From an uncultured Clostridia bacterium (GTDB taxonomy: Bacteria; Bacillota; Clostridia; TANB77; CAG-508): a stretch of DNA of 64,000 bases. The DNA lies in the NCBI GenBank assembly GCA_947629555.1, contig CANRED010000006.1, positions 102 through 64,101 on the forward strand. Reading direction: 5' to 3'. Both the position numbers and the translations under genes were made by a program. A model generated the notes under the pieces. That model had not been told where the DNA came from and searched no databases. It worked only from the letters and a program-made list of their open reading frames with translations. This document shows positions 49,560-58,315 of this stretch, one piece after another (the first letter of the stretch is position 1; the number at the start of each line of letters is the position of its first letter).

Positions 49560-50441
49560 ATGGAAGAACAAATTAATAACTTTTTAACTTTTTTAAAAAA
49601 TGACAAAAGATTGTCAGAAAACACATTACAATCATACAGAAGAGATGTTGTTCAATATGAAGGATATGTTACTAAAAAAGATATTAATTACCTAAATATT
49701 GAAAAAGATGGAATAAATGCATATTTAAAATCATTACAAAAAAATAATAAAAAATCTTCAACAGTTTCAAGAAGTTTAGCTTCAATAAGATCATTTTATC
49801 AATATTTATTAAGAACTAAATTAATTACAAAAGATCCAACAGAAGGTATACAATCACCAAAAATAGAGAAAAAAGCACCTAGTGTATTGTCTTCACAAGA
49901 AGTAGAATTATTATTAGAGCAACCAACAACAGAAGATTTAAAAGGAATGAGAGATAAAGCAATGCTAGAATTTGCTTACGCCACAGGAATGAGAGTTACA
50001 GAAATAATATCTTTAGACCTAGATTGTGTTGATTTAGAGCAAGGGTATGTAGTATGTAAAAATGGAGCAAAACAAAGAAATATACCATTAGGTACTATGT
50101 CATTAAAAGCTTTAAAAGATTATATAGAAAATGCAAGACCAATAATAATAAAAGATGATTCAGTAAAAGCATTATTTGTAAATATAAACGGAAAAAGATT
50201 AACAAGACAAGGATTTTGGAAAATAGTAAAATACTATAAAGAACAAGCACATATATCAAAAGAAATAACACCACACGTACTAAGACATTCATTTGCAACA
50301 CATTTATTACAAAATGGAGCAGATTTAAAAGCAATACAAACAATGTTAGGACATTCAGATATATCTTCAACACAAGTATATATGCAATTTCAAGACGAAA
50401 ATATAAAAAACATATATAGAAAAGCTCATCCAAGGGCTTAG
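49560..50441 (+). CDS. xerD: Tyrosine recombinase XerD/XerC family
   Basis: SAM-like N-domain and the catalytic RHSFATHLL...LGHSDISSTQVY box. ATG 49560 is preferred over GTG 49548. Confidence 0.85.
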   Translation: MEEQINNFLTFLKNDKRLSENTLQSYRRDVVQYEGYVTKKDINYLNIEKDGINAYLKSLQKNNKKSSTVSRSLASIRSFYQYLLRTKLITKDPTEGIQSPKIEKKAPSVLSSQEVELLLEQPTTEDLKGMRDKAMLEFAYATGMRVTEIISLDLDCVDLEQGYVVCKNGAKQRNIPLGTMSLKALKDYIENARPIIIKDDSVKALFVNINGKRLTRQGFWKIVKYYKEQAHISKEITPHVLRHSFATHLLQNGADLKAIQTMLGHSDISSTQVYMQFQDENIKNIYRKAHPRA

Positions 50442-50468
50442 TCATAATAATATAATAAATAATTTATA

Positions 50469-50490
50469 AGGAACGGCATAAACGTCGTTC
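50469..50490 (+). repeat. REP-like hairpin, degenerate
   Basis: AAGGAACGGCATAAACGTCGTTCC. Confidence 0.5.
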
Positions 50491-50533
50491 CTAATTTATT
50501 ACGATTATAATCATAAATAAAAATAAATTTTTA

Positions 50534-50561
50534 TTGACAAAAATAATCTATAATATATAAT
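50534..50561 (+). promoter_or_regulatory. adhE promoter
   Basis: TTGACA, 16-nt spacer, TATAAT. Confidence 0.6.
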
Positions 50562-50602
50562 ATTATTGGTTAAAATATAAAAAATAAAGGAGGAATTATA
50601 CA

Positions 50603-53206
50603 ATGGCACAAGAATTAAGTCAACAAGAACAAGACAAAGTTAAAAAGATGATTAATGACCTTGTTGCAAGAGCAAAGGTTGCATCTCAAAAATACCTTGA
50701 ATTAAATCAAGAGCAGGTAGATAAAATTGTTAAAGCAATGGCAATGGCAGGATTAGATAATCATATGAAACTTGCAAAAATGGCTGTTGAAGAAACAAAA
50801 AGAGGAATTTATGAAGATAAAATTATAAAAAATATGTTTGCAACAGAGTATATATATCACAATATAAAATATGATAAAACAGTAGGAATAATAAAAGAAA
50901 GCGATTCAGAAGGATATGCACAAGTTGCAGAGCCAATAGGAATAATTGCAGGTGTTACACCAGTAACAAACCCTACATCTACAACAATGTTTAAATCAAT
51001 AATATCTGCAAAAACAAGAAACGTAATAATATTTGGATTTCACCCATCTGCACAAAAATGTAGTGTTGCTGCTGCAACAATACTTAGAGACGCAGCAATA
51101 AAGGCTGGTGCACCAAAGGATTGTATATTATGGATTGAAGAACCTTCAATACTTGCAACACAACTCCTTATGAATCATCCAGATGTAAATCTAATACTTG
51201 CAACAGGTGGAACAGGAATGGTAAAATCAGCATATTCTTGTGGAAAGCCAGCATTAGGAGTAGGACCAGGAAATGTGCCTTGCTATATAGATAAAACAGC
51301 AAAATTAAAAACAGCGGTAAATGATTTAGTATTATCAAAATCATTTGACAATGGAATGATTTGTGCATCAGAACAAGCGGTTATAGTAGATAAAGAAATA
51401 AGCAAAGAATTCGAAAAATTAATGAAAGAAGCCGGTTGCTATTTCTTAAATAAAGAAGAAACAATAAAATTAGAAAAAAGTATGTTTATAGCAGAAAAAG
51501 GTTGTGCTCTAAATGCAGATATTGTTGGTCAAAGACCAGTTGATATTGCAGCAAAAGCAGGAATATCAATTCCAGAAGATACAAAAATAATAGTTGTAAA
51601 ACAAACAGGAGTGGGAGCAGAATTCCCATTATCAAAAGAAAAATTAAGTCCTGTACTTGCATATTACATTTCAAATAATGATGAACAAGGAATAGAATTA
51701 GCAGAAAAATTAATAGAATTTGGTGGACTTGGACATTCTGCTGTAATTCACTCAGAAAATAAAGAAACAATTAAAAGATTTTCAGAAAAGCTTAAAGCAG
51801 GAAGAATAATTGTAAATTCTCCATCAACTCATGGAGCAATTGGTGATATATACAACACTAATATGCCATCATTAACTTTAGGATGTGGTACTTTTGGTGG
51901 AAATTCTACAACAGCAAATGTATCATCAGTAAACTTAATAAATATAAAAAGAGTTGCCGATAGGAGGGTTAATATGCAATGGTTTAAAGTTCCAAAGAAA
52001 ATATATTTTGAAGCAGGTTCAATAGAATACTTACAAAAAATGCCAAACATAACAAGAGCATTTATAGTAACAGATGAATCAATGGTTAAATTCGGATATG
52101 TAGATAAAATATTAGAACAATTAAGAAAAAGAAGAGATTATGTGCACTCAGAAATATTTTCAGCAGTTGAGCCAGATCCATCTTTTGACACAATAAAAAA
52201 TGGAGTTGCAGCAATGAATGCATTTAAACCAGATGTAATTATAGCATTAGGTGGAGGTAGTGCAATAGATGCTGCAAAAGGAATGTGGTTATTCTATGAA
52301 CAACCAGAAGCAGATGTTGAAGGATTAAAATTAAAATTCATGGATATTAGAAAAAGAACATACAAATTCCCTAAATTAGGAGAAAAAGCACAAATGGTAG
52401 CAATTCCAACAACATCAGGTACAGGTTCAGAAGTAACATCTTTTGCTGTTATAACAGATAAAAAGAAAAATATAAAATATCCATTAGCAGATTACGAATT
52501 AACACCAGATGTTGCAATAATAGATCCTAACCTAGTAATGACACTACCAAAGAGATTAACTGCAGATACAGGAATGGACGTATTAACACATGCAATAGAA
52601 TCTTATGTTTCTGTTATGGCATCAGATTATACAGATGGTCTATCAGAAAAAGCAGTACAATTAGTATTTGAATATTTACCAAAGGCTTATGAACATGGAG
52701 ACGATAGAGTGGCAAGAGAAAAAATGCATAATGCAAGTTGTATAGCAGGTATGTCATTTACTAATGCATTTTTAGGATTAAACCACTCAATAGCACATAA
52801 ATTAGGCGGAGAGTTCCACATACCTCATGGTAGAGCAAATGCAGTAATTCTTCCTTATGTTATAGCATATAATGCAGAAAAACCATCAAAATTTGTATCT
52901 TTTCCTAAATATGAATACTTTATAGCAGACGAAAAATATGCAAAATTAGCAAAAATATTAGGATTAAAAGCAAAAGATACAAAGGAAGGAGTAACATCAT
53001 TAATAAATGCAATTAAAGAATTAATGAAAAAACTTGAAATGCCTACATCTATAAAAGAATGTGGAATAGATGAAAAAGAATTTTTAGCAAAAGTTGATGA
53101 ATTAGCAGATAGAGCATTTGAAGACCAATGTACAACTGTAAATCCAAGATTACCATTAGTTAGCGAAATAAAACAAATATTACTTGATTCATATTATGGA
53201 AAATAG
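50603..53206 (+). CDS. adhE: Bifunctional acetaldehyde-CoA / alcohol dehydrogenase
   Basis: 867 aa. N-terminal aldehyde dehydrogenase domain (catalytic Cys in GMICASEQ) and a C-terminal iron-type alcohol dehydrogenase domain (GGGSAIDAAK, HSIAHKLGG). Confidence 0.97.
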   Translation: MAQELSQQEQDKVKKMINDLVARAKVASQKYLELNQEQVDKIVKAMAMAGLDNHMKLAKMAVEETKRGIYEDKIIKNMFATEYIYHNIKYDKTVGIIKESDSEGYAQVAEPIGIIAGVTPVTNPTSTTMFKSIISAKTRNVIIFGFHPSAQKCSVAAATILRDAAIKAGAPKDCILWIEEPSILATQLLMNHPDVNLILATGGTGMVKSAYSCGKPALGVGPGNVPCYIDKTAKLKTAVNDLVLSKSFDNGMICASEQAVIVDKEISKEFEKLMKEAGCYFLNKEETIKLEKSMFIAEKGCALNADIVGQRPVDIAAKAGISIPEDTKIIVVKQTGVGAEFPLSKEKLSPVLAYYISNNDEQGIELAEKLIEFGGLGHSAVIHSENKETIKRFSEKLKAGRIIVNSPSTHGAIGDIYNTNMPSLTLGCGTFGGNSTTANVSSVNLINIKRVADRRVNMQWFKVPKKIYFEAGSIEYLQKMPNITRAFIVTDESMVKFGYVDKILEQLRKRRDYVHSEIFSAVEPDPSFDTIKNGVAAMNAFKPDVIIALGGGSAIDAAKGMWLFYEQPEADVEGLKLKFMDIRKRTYKFPKLGEKAQMVAIPTTSGTGSEVTSFAVITDKKKNIKYPLADYELTPDVAIIDPNLVMTLPKRLTADTGMDVLTHAIESYVSVMASDYTDGLSEKAVQLVFEYLPKAYEHGDDRVAREKMHNASCIAGMSFTNAFLGLNHSIAHKLGGEFHIPHGRANAVILPYVIAYNAEKPSKFVSFPKYEYFIADEKYAKLAKILGLKAKDTKEGVTSLINAIKELMKKLEMPTSIKECGIDEKEFLAKVDELADRAFEDQCTTVNPRLPLVSEIKQILLDSYYGK

Positions 53207-53235
53207 ATTATAAAATAAATAATATAAATAAATAA

Positions 53236-53260
53236 GGAACGGCATGGCGCCGTTCCTTAT
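53236..53260 (+). terminator. GC hairpin after adhE (REP-related)
   Basis: AAGGAACGGC-atggc-GCCGTTCCTT. Confidence 0.6.
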
Positions 53261-53287
53261 TAATTACAATAGGCACATTACATACAT

Positions 53288-53415
53288 TGTAGGGAACGAC
53301 GACATGCTATTCATTATTTATTACAATAGGATATTGTAGGGAACGACGCCCCCGTCGTTCCACGCTCCGAAGGCTCTTGGCTCCCTTATATAAGGGAGCT
53401 GTCACCGAAGGTGAC
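53288..53415 (+). repeat. Composite REP cluster: degenerate unit, intact GTAG unit, a 20-bp palindrome and a GAA-triloop hairpin
   Basis: GTAGGGAACGACGACATGC...TTATTTATTACAATAGGATATT, then GTAG GGAACGACG-cccc-CGTCGTTCC, then GCTCCCTTATATAAGGGAGC, then GTCACC-GAA-GGTGAC. Confidence 0.8.
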
Positions 53416-53426
53416 TGAGGGTTCTA

Positions 53427-53455
53427 TTGACATGATTTACAAAATAATATATAAT
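53427..53455 (+). promoter_or_regulatory. Consensus promoter of LRR gene 1
   Basis: TTGACA, 17-nt spacer, TATAAT. Confidence 0.7.
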
Positions 53456-53556
53456 ACCCGAGTAATCTTTATATTGCAAATTCTTCTTTTGAAGGAATTA
53501 AGGGCAATGACTTAAAGATTCGGACAACAATTCTTTATTACGAAAGGAGAAAAATT

Positions 53557-54042
53557 ATGTCAGAGCAATTGGTACTCAAGTGTGTATTCAAACGGGAAAA
53601 TGGTACAACTTATGAATGTAATGTACCCATTCCTAAAGATGAAACAAGTATTCCTGGACGTTTCTTCAGGAATAATACTAATTTAGTTAGTGTGGAAATA
53701 CCAGAAGGAGTAACAAGCATTGGTAGATTGGCTTTCGCAGGTTGCGTAGGATTAACTACTGTGAAGATACCAAGAGGAGTTACGCACATTGGCTTTTGTG
53801 CTTTCTATGGTTGCACAGATTTGACTAGTGTGAACATACCCAAAGGAGTCACAAGCATTGGTGAGCGTGCTTTTCAGCATTGCACAGGTTTGAATAATGT
53901 AAACCTACCAGAAGGATTAATAAACATTGGCGAAGGTGCTTTCGAAGGTTGTAGAGACTTGACTAGTGTAAACATTCCTAAGGGAGTAGTATTCATTGAC
54001 TATTATGCCTTTGATAGATACACAAAAAGAATTTACGAATGA
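53557..54042 (+). CDS. Short leaderless BspA-type leucine-rich-repeat protein (5 repeats)
   Basis: About 23-aa repeats of the form LxSVxIPxGVTSIGxxAFxxCxxL. No signal peptide. Confidence 0.8.
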   Translation: MSEQLVLKCVFKRENGTTYECNVPIPKDETSIPGRFFRNNTNLVSVEIPEGVTSIGRLAFAGCVGLTTVKIPRGVTHIGFCAFYGCTDLTSVNIPKGVTSIGERAFQHCTGLNNVNLPEGLINIGEGAFEGCRDLTSVNIPKGVVFIDYYAFDRYTKRIYE

Positions 54043-54055
54043 CATAAGCAACTTT

Positions 54056-54086
54056 AGCACAGGGTTAATTCCTGTGCTTTTTCTTG
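54056..54086 (+). terminator. Terminator of LRR gene 1
   Basis: AGCACAGG-gttaatt-CCTGTGCT followed by a T-run. Confidence 0.8.
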
Positions 54087-54112
54087 TTGTATAGGAAAAA
54101 TCAATGTAAACT

Positions 54113-54162
54113 GTAGGGAACGACGCCCCCGTCGTTCCGTTGGAGCTGTCACCGAAGGTGAC
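54113..54162 (+). repeat. REP GTAG unit plus GAA-triloop hairpin
   Basis: GTAG GGAACGACG-cccc-CGTCGTTCC GTTGGAGCT GTCACC-GAA-GGTGAC. Confidence 0.8.
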
Positions 54163-54174
54163 TGAGGGTTTTAA

Positions 54175-54203
54175 TTGACATAATTTAAAAAATAATATAT
54201 AAT
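54175..54203 (+). promoter_or_regulatory. Consensus promoter of LRR gene 2
   Basis: TTGACA, 17-nt spacer, TATAAT. Confidence 0.7.
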
Positions 54204-54306
54204 ATTTAAGTAATCTTTATATTGCAAATTCTTCTTTTGAGGGAATTAAAGGCAATGACTTAAAGATTCAGACAACAATTCTTTATTTACGAAAGGAGAA
54301 ATAATT

Positions 54307-55068
54307 ATGTCAGAGCAATTAATAATTAGCAGTGTGTTCAGGCGGAAAAATGGTACAATGTATAAACGCAAAATATCTATGGCAGAAGGTGAAACAAGCA
54401 TTCCTGAAGGTTTCTTCGAGAATAAAGCTAATCTAGTTAGTGTGGAGATACCAGAAGGAATAAAAAGTATTGATGCTTATGCCTTCTGGAATTGTACAAG
54501 TTTGACTAATGTAAACATTCCTAAAGGACTAATACGCATTGGTGAACGTGCTTTTCAGAATTGCACAAGTTTAACTAGTGTAAATTTTCCAGAAGAATTA
54601 AAAAGCATTGGTAACTGTGCCTTTTGGGGTTGCATAGAATTAACTAGCGTTAATATTCCAAAGAAACTAACAAGCATTGGTACAGGTGCATTTGGAAATT
54701 GCATAGGGTTAACTACTGTGGAGATACCAGAAAAAATAACAGGCATTGCTGATTGGACTTTTTATTGTTGCACAAGATTAACTAGTGTAAAACTTCCAAA
54801 GAGTCTAACAAGAATTGGCAAATGGGCTTTCACTGGTTGCATAGGATTAACTACTGTGCAAATACCAGAAGGAGTAACAAAAATTGCTGAGTTTTCCTTC
54901 ACTGGATGTACAGGTTTGACTAGTGTAAATATTCCTAAAGGGGTAACACTCATTGGCGATTATGCCTTCTGTGGATGCGCAGTATTGAGAGAGGTAGTTC
55001 TTGCAGAAGGAGTAACAAAAATTGCTGAGTTTGCCTTTGATGAATGCACAAAAGTAATTTACAAATGA
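54307..55068 (+). CDS. Short leaderless BspA-type leucine-rich-repeat protein (9 repeats), paralog of 53557-54042
   Basis: Same MSEQL...ETSIP N-terminus and the same repeat type as 53557-54042. Confidence 0.8.
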   Translation: MSEQLIISSVFRRKNGTMYKRKISMAEGETSIPEGFFENKANLVSVEIPEGIKSIDAYAFWNCTSLTNVNIPKGLIRIGERAFQNCTSLTSVNFPEELKSIGNCAFWGCIELTSVNIPKKLTSIGTGAFGNCIGLTTVEIPEKITGIADWTFYCCTRLTSVKLPKSLTRIGKWAFTGCIGLTTVQIPEGVTKIAEFSFTGCTGLTSVNIPKGVTLIGDYAFCGCAVLREVVLAEGVTKIAEFAFDECTKVIYK

Positions 55069-55080
55069 CATAAGCAATTA

Positions 55081-55111
55081 AGCACAGGATTAATTCCTGT
55101 GCTTTTTCTTT
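55081..55111 (+). terminator. Terminator of LRR gene 2
   Basis: AGCACAGG-attaatt-CCTGTGCT followed by a T-run. Confidence 0.8.
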
Positions 55112-55119
55112 TTGAAATT

Positions 55120-55208
55120 GTAGGGAATGACGCTATGCCATTTCTTATTTATTACAATAGAATATTGTAGGGAACGACGCCCCCGTCGTTCCGTCGGAGC
55201 TGTTTCTG
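55120..55208 (+). repeat. Composite REP cluster (degenerate unit plus intact GTAG unit) ending in a truncated cassette junction
   Basis: Collinear with 53288-53361. GGAGCTGT is then joined directly to TTCTGTGCTTTTTCTT, the 3' half of the LRR-gene terminator. Confidence 0.7.
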
Positions 55209-55275
55209 TGCTTTTTCTTCCTTTATACTTATAATTTAGTATTAGTATATAAACATACTTTTATGTAAATTAACA

Positions 55276-55304
55276 TTGACTAAATTACAAAAAAGAATTA
55301 TACT
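55276..55304 (+). promoter_or_regulatory. Promoter of the metal ABC transporter operon
   Basis: TTGACT, 17-nt spacer, TATACT. Confidence 0.55.
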
Positions 55305-55335
55305 AATATAATCTAATAAATTTATGGAGGTAAAT

Positions 55336-56001
55336 ATGAGTGTATTAGAGGTTAAAAATTTACAAACATCATATAATGGACATATAGCATTAGAAAATAT
55401 TAATTTTTCAGTTAACGAGGGAGAATATATTTGTTTAGTAGGAGAAAATGGCTCAGGAAAAAGTACTCTTATAAAAACAATTGTTGGACTTCATAAAAAA
55501 GATAATGGAGAAATAATATTGAATGAAAAACTAGAAAATATCTCATATTTAGCACAAAATAACTTAGTAGATGTGGAATTTCCTGCTACTGCTAAGGAAA
55601 TTATAATGACAGGTGTACAAAAACACAAAGTATTACCTTTTTATACAAAAAAAGATTATAAAAATTTTGAAGAAATTTGTGATTTACTAAAAATAAAAGA
55701 TTTTGTTGATAAAAGAATAGGAAATTTATCTGGTGGACAAAGGCAAAGAATAATGTTAGGACGAGCATTAATTAGAAAGCCAAAGATGTTAATATTAGAT
55801 GAACCCTTTAGTGGACTAGATATTAATATAACAAAAGAATTATATGAAATGCTTGATAAGTTAAATAAAGAAAATAAAATGACTATAATTATGGCAACAC
55901 ATGATTTAGATGAAATTAATCAAAAAAATGTTAGGGTAATAGAATTATCAAAAACAATAAAGTTTGACGGCAATATAACTGATTGGAAAGGAATGAATTA
56001 A
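55336..56001 (+). CDS. Metal (Zn/Mn-type) ABC transporter ATP-binding protein
   Basis: GENGSGKST Walker A, LSGGQRQR signature and ILDEP Walker B. Paired with an ABC-3 permease. Confidence 0.8.
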   Translation: MSVLEVKNLQTSYNGHIALENINFSVNEGEYICLVGENGSGKSTLIKTIVGLHKKDNGEIILNEKLENISYLAQNNLVDVEFPATAKEIIMTGVQKHKVLPFYTKKDYKNFEEICDLLKIKDFVDKRIGNLSGGQRQRIMLGRALIRKPKMLILDEPFSGLDINITKELYEMLDKLNKENKMTIIMATHDLDEINQKNVRVIELSKTIKFDGNITDWKGMN

Positions 56002-56004
56002 AAA

Positions 56005-56814
56005 ATGGACATATTATCATTATTAAATTATCCATTTGTACAAAGGGCTTTAATATGTGGAATAGCTATATCCTTTTGCGCTGCAATTATTGGAGTAATA
56101 CTTGTACTTAAGAAGTATTCAATGATTGGACACGGATTGGGAGAAGTAGGATTTGCTTCATTAACCTTGGCAGTTGCTCTAAATTTACCACCATTATATG
56201 TTTCTATACCATTAGTTATTATTGCAGCTTTTTTAATAATGCTAATTAGCCAAAAAAAGGGTGAAAGTGGAGATATAACAATAGCATTAGTATCTAGTGG
56301 AGCATTGGCAGTAGGAGTAATAGTTACTGCATTAACAAAAGGATTTAGCGTAGATGTTTATAATTATATGTTTGGCAGTATATTAGCAATGAGTTGGTCA
56401 GATGTAATTTTAAGTGTAATTCTTTCTGTAGCATTGATTGTAATTTATATATTATTTTATAATAGGTTGTTTTCCATTACGTATGATGAAAAATATGCAA
56501 AAACTTGCGGAATAAGCGTAACTTTTTACCAGTTTCTAATTTCGCTTATTACTGCATTAGTAGTTGTTTTAGGAATGAGATTAATGGGTACTTTATTAAT
56601 TTCAAGCCTTATAGTTTTCCCTGGAATTATTGCAAGGAAACTTACGAATAGTTTTAAAGGAATGGTAATTTTATCGGCTATTATTTCTGTTGTATGCTTT
56701 ATTGTAGGAATTTTAATTTCATTTGTACTTAATCTTCCTACAGGAGCAAGTATAGTAGCAGTATATATATTATTGTTACTAATTACTACTCTATATAATA
56801 AAATATTAGATTAA
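56005..56814 (+). CDS. Metal ABC transporter permease (ABC-3 / ZnuB-like)
   Basis: 269 aa with 8-9 TM helices and typical ABC-3 layout, directly after the ATPase gene. Confidence 0.8.
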   Translation: MDILSLLNYPFVQRALICGIAISFCAAIIGVILVLKKYSMIGHGLGEVGFASLTLAVALNLPPLYVSIPLVIIAAFLIMLISQKKGESGDITIALVSSGALAVGVIVTALTKGFSVDVYNYMFGSILAMSWSDVILSVILSVALIVIYILFYNRLFSITYDEKYAKTCGISVTFYQFLISLITALVVVLGMRLMGTLLISSLIVFPGIIARKLTNSFKGMVILSAIISVVCFIVGILISFVLNLPTGASIVAVYILLLLITTLYNKILD

Positions 56815-56821
56815 AGAAAAG

Positions 56822-56843
56822 AGGCACCGTATTTACGGTGCCT
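56822..56843. terminator. Bidirectional terminator hairpin
   Basis: AGGCACCGT-attt-ACGGTGCCT between convergent genes. Confidence 0.75.
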
Positions 56844-56853
56844 TATTAGGTCT

Positions 56854-57204
56854 TTAACAAACTGTAGTCCCATAAAGTGATTTACCATCACTAGCCAAAG
56901 AAATAGTGATTTTGTCTTTGAAATGGATTTCAAAAATTTTTTTTAATGCTGGTAGAATACACTCACTTGCAAGAATGTTAGAAATAAATTCATCATTGTT
57001 AAAAGCAATTACATACAGATTATTTTTTTCTTTAATGGAAAATGAAAGAGATTTTAAACCGGTTTTTTGCTTTGTATAATTTTGAATTAACAAGGCAAAA
57101 TCAGCTAAAAACTTCCGTACGGTGCCAGTTGAATCAAGTATTTGTTGATTCGGTTGTGAATAAGTATCAAATACTGCACTAATCTGACTAATTGAATTTT
57201 CCAT
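56854..57204 (-). CDS. Orphan hypothetical protein (116 aa)
   Basis: RBS AGGAGGGG. No family recognised. It contains an in-frame CGG at 57115-57117. Confidence 0.55.
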   Translation of the reverse strand: MENSISQISAVFDTYSQPNQQILDSTGTVRKFLADFALLIQNYTKQKTGLKSLSFSIKEKNNLYVIAFNNDEFISNILASECILPALKKIFEIHFKDKITISLASDGKSLYGTTVC

Positions 57205-57285
57205 TGAATGACCCCTCCTAAAAAGTAATGAAATAAATATATCACAAAAACTTTAAAGAAGCAACAAATGTATAAATTTTCTGTA

Positions 57286-57314
57286 TTGACAATTATTTTA
57301 TTAAAATATATACT
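57286..57314 (+). promoter_or_regulatory. Promoter of the ABC-2 operon
   Basis: TTGACA, 17-nt spacer, TATACT. Confidence 0.6.
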
Positions 57315-57359
57315 AATTCCATGTGTAAAATCGAGCTTAGAAAGGATTGTGTATAAAAA

Positions 57360-58301
57360 ATGATAATAGAGGTAGAAAATCTTGTAAAAAAATATTCAGG
57401 TAAAATTGCAGTAGACCATTTGAATTTACAAGTAGAAGAGGGCATTATATATGGATTATTAGGTCCAAACGGGGCAGGAAAAAGTACAACAATAAATTGT
57501 TTGCTTGGATTATTAAAAAGTGATGAAGGAACTATAAAAATTTTAGGTGAAGAAATGAATAGCAACAATTTAAAATTGAAGGCAAATATTGGTGTAATAC
57601 CACAAAATGTAGCAGTTTTTGAAGAATTGAATGTATATGAAAACATAGATTTTTTTTGCGGATTATATATAAAAGACAAAGAACAAAGAAAAGAATTAGT
57701 AAATGAAGCAATAGATTTTGTAGGATTAACTGAATATAAAAAGTATGTACCTAAAAAATTATCAGGAGGATTACTTAGAAGATTAAATATAGCATGTGGA
57801 ATAGCACATAAACCTAAAATAGTTTTTATGGATGAACCAACTGTTGCGGTTGATCCTCAATCAAGAAATAATATACTAGAAGGGGTTTTAAAATTAAAGG
57901 AGCAGGGTTCTACAATAATTTATACTTCTCACTATATGGAAGAAATTGAGCAGATATGTGATAAAATTGCAATAATGGATTCTGGTAAAATAATTGCAGA
58001 AGGAACAACTGAAGAATTAAAAAATAAGATAACAGATACAGAAAAGTTAGTGATATGTGCTAATGGAATAGATGATAATATAATAGAAAAATTAAAAAAT
58101 ATTCCAGATGTGAAATTAATTGAAAAAGATAATAATTGTATTAAAGTTTCATATAAGAAAACTCAAAATAGTACATTACTTGCTATACTTCAAGTAATAG
58201 AAGAAAAGGGTATAATTATAGATAAAATATATAATGAGGTTCCTACTCTAAATACCGTATTTTTAGAGTTAACAGGAAAACAATTAAGAGATAATATGTA
58301 G
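57360..58301 (+). CDS. ABC transporter ATP-binding protein (ABC-2 / DrrA-like exporter family)
   Basis: GPNGAGKST, LSGGLLRR and FMDEPT motifs. Confidence 0.88.
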   Translation: MIIEVENLVKKYSGKIAVDHLNLQVEEGIIYGLLGPNGAGKSTTINCLLGLLKSDEGTIKILGEEMNSNNLKLKANIGVIPQNVAVFEELNVYENIDFFCGLYIKDKEQRKELVNEAIDFVGLTEYKKYVPKKLSGGLLRRLNIACGIAHKPKIVFMDEPTVAVDPQSRNNILEGVLKLKEQGSTIIYTSHYMEEIEQICDKIAIMDSGKIIAEGTTEELKNKITDTEKLVICANGIDDNIIEKLKNIPDVKLIEKDNNCIKVSYKKTQNSTLLAILQVIEEKGIIIDKIYNEVPTLNTVFLELTGKQLRDNM

Positions 58302-58315
58302 AGTAGGAGGATGAT

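Noticed and set aside
53288-55230. Integron-like gene cassettes, with hairpin recombination sites between promoterless ORFs.
   Set aside because: Each cassette carries its own consensus promoter. The hairpins are the same GTAG REP units found all over the window, and no intI-type integrase is present.
55276-55335. A Zur/Fur-type operator in the metal ABC transporter promoter.
   Set aside because: I could not find a convincing 7-1-7 or 9-1-9 palindrome resembling known Zur, Fur or MntR boxes. The AT-rich sequence gives only weak partial symmetry.
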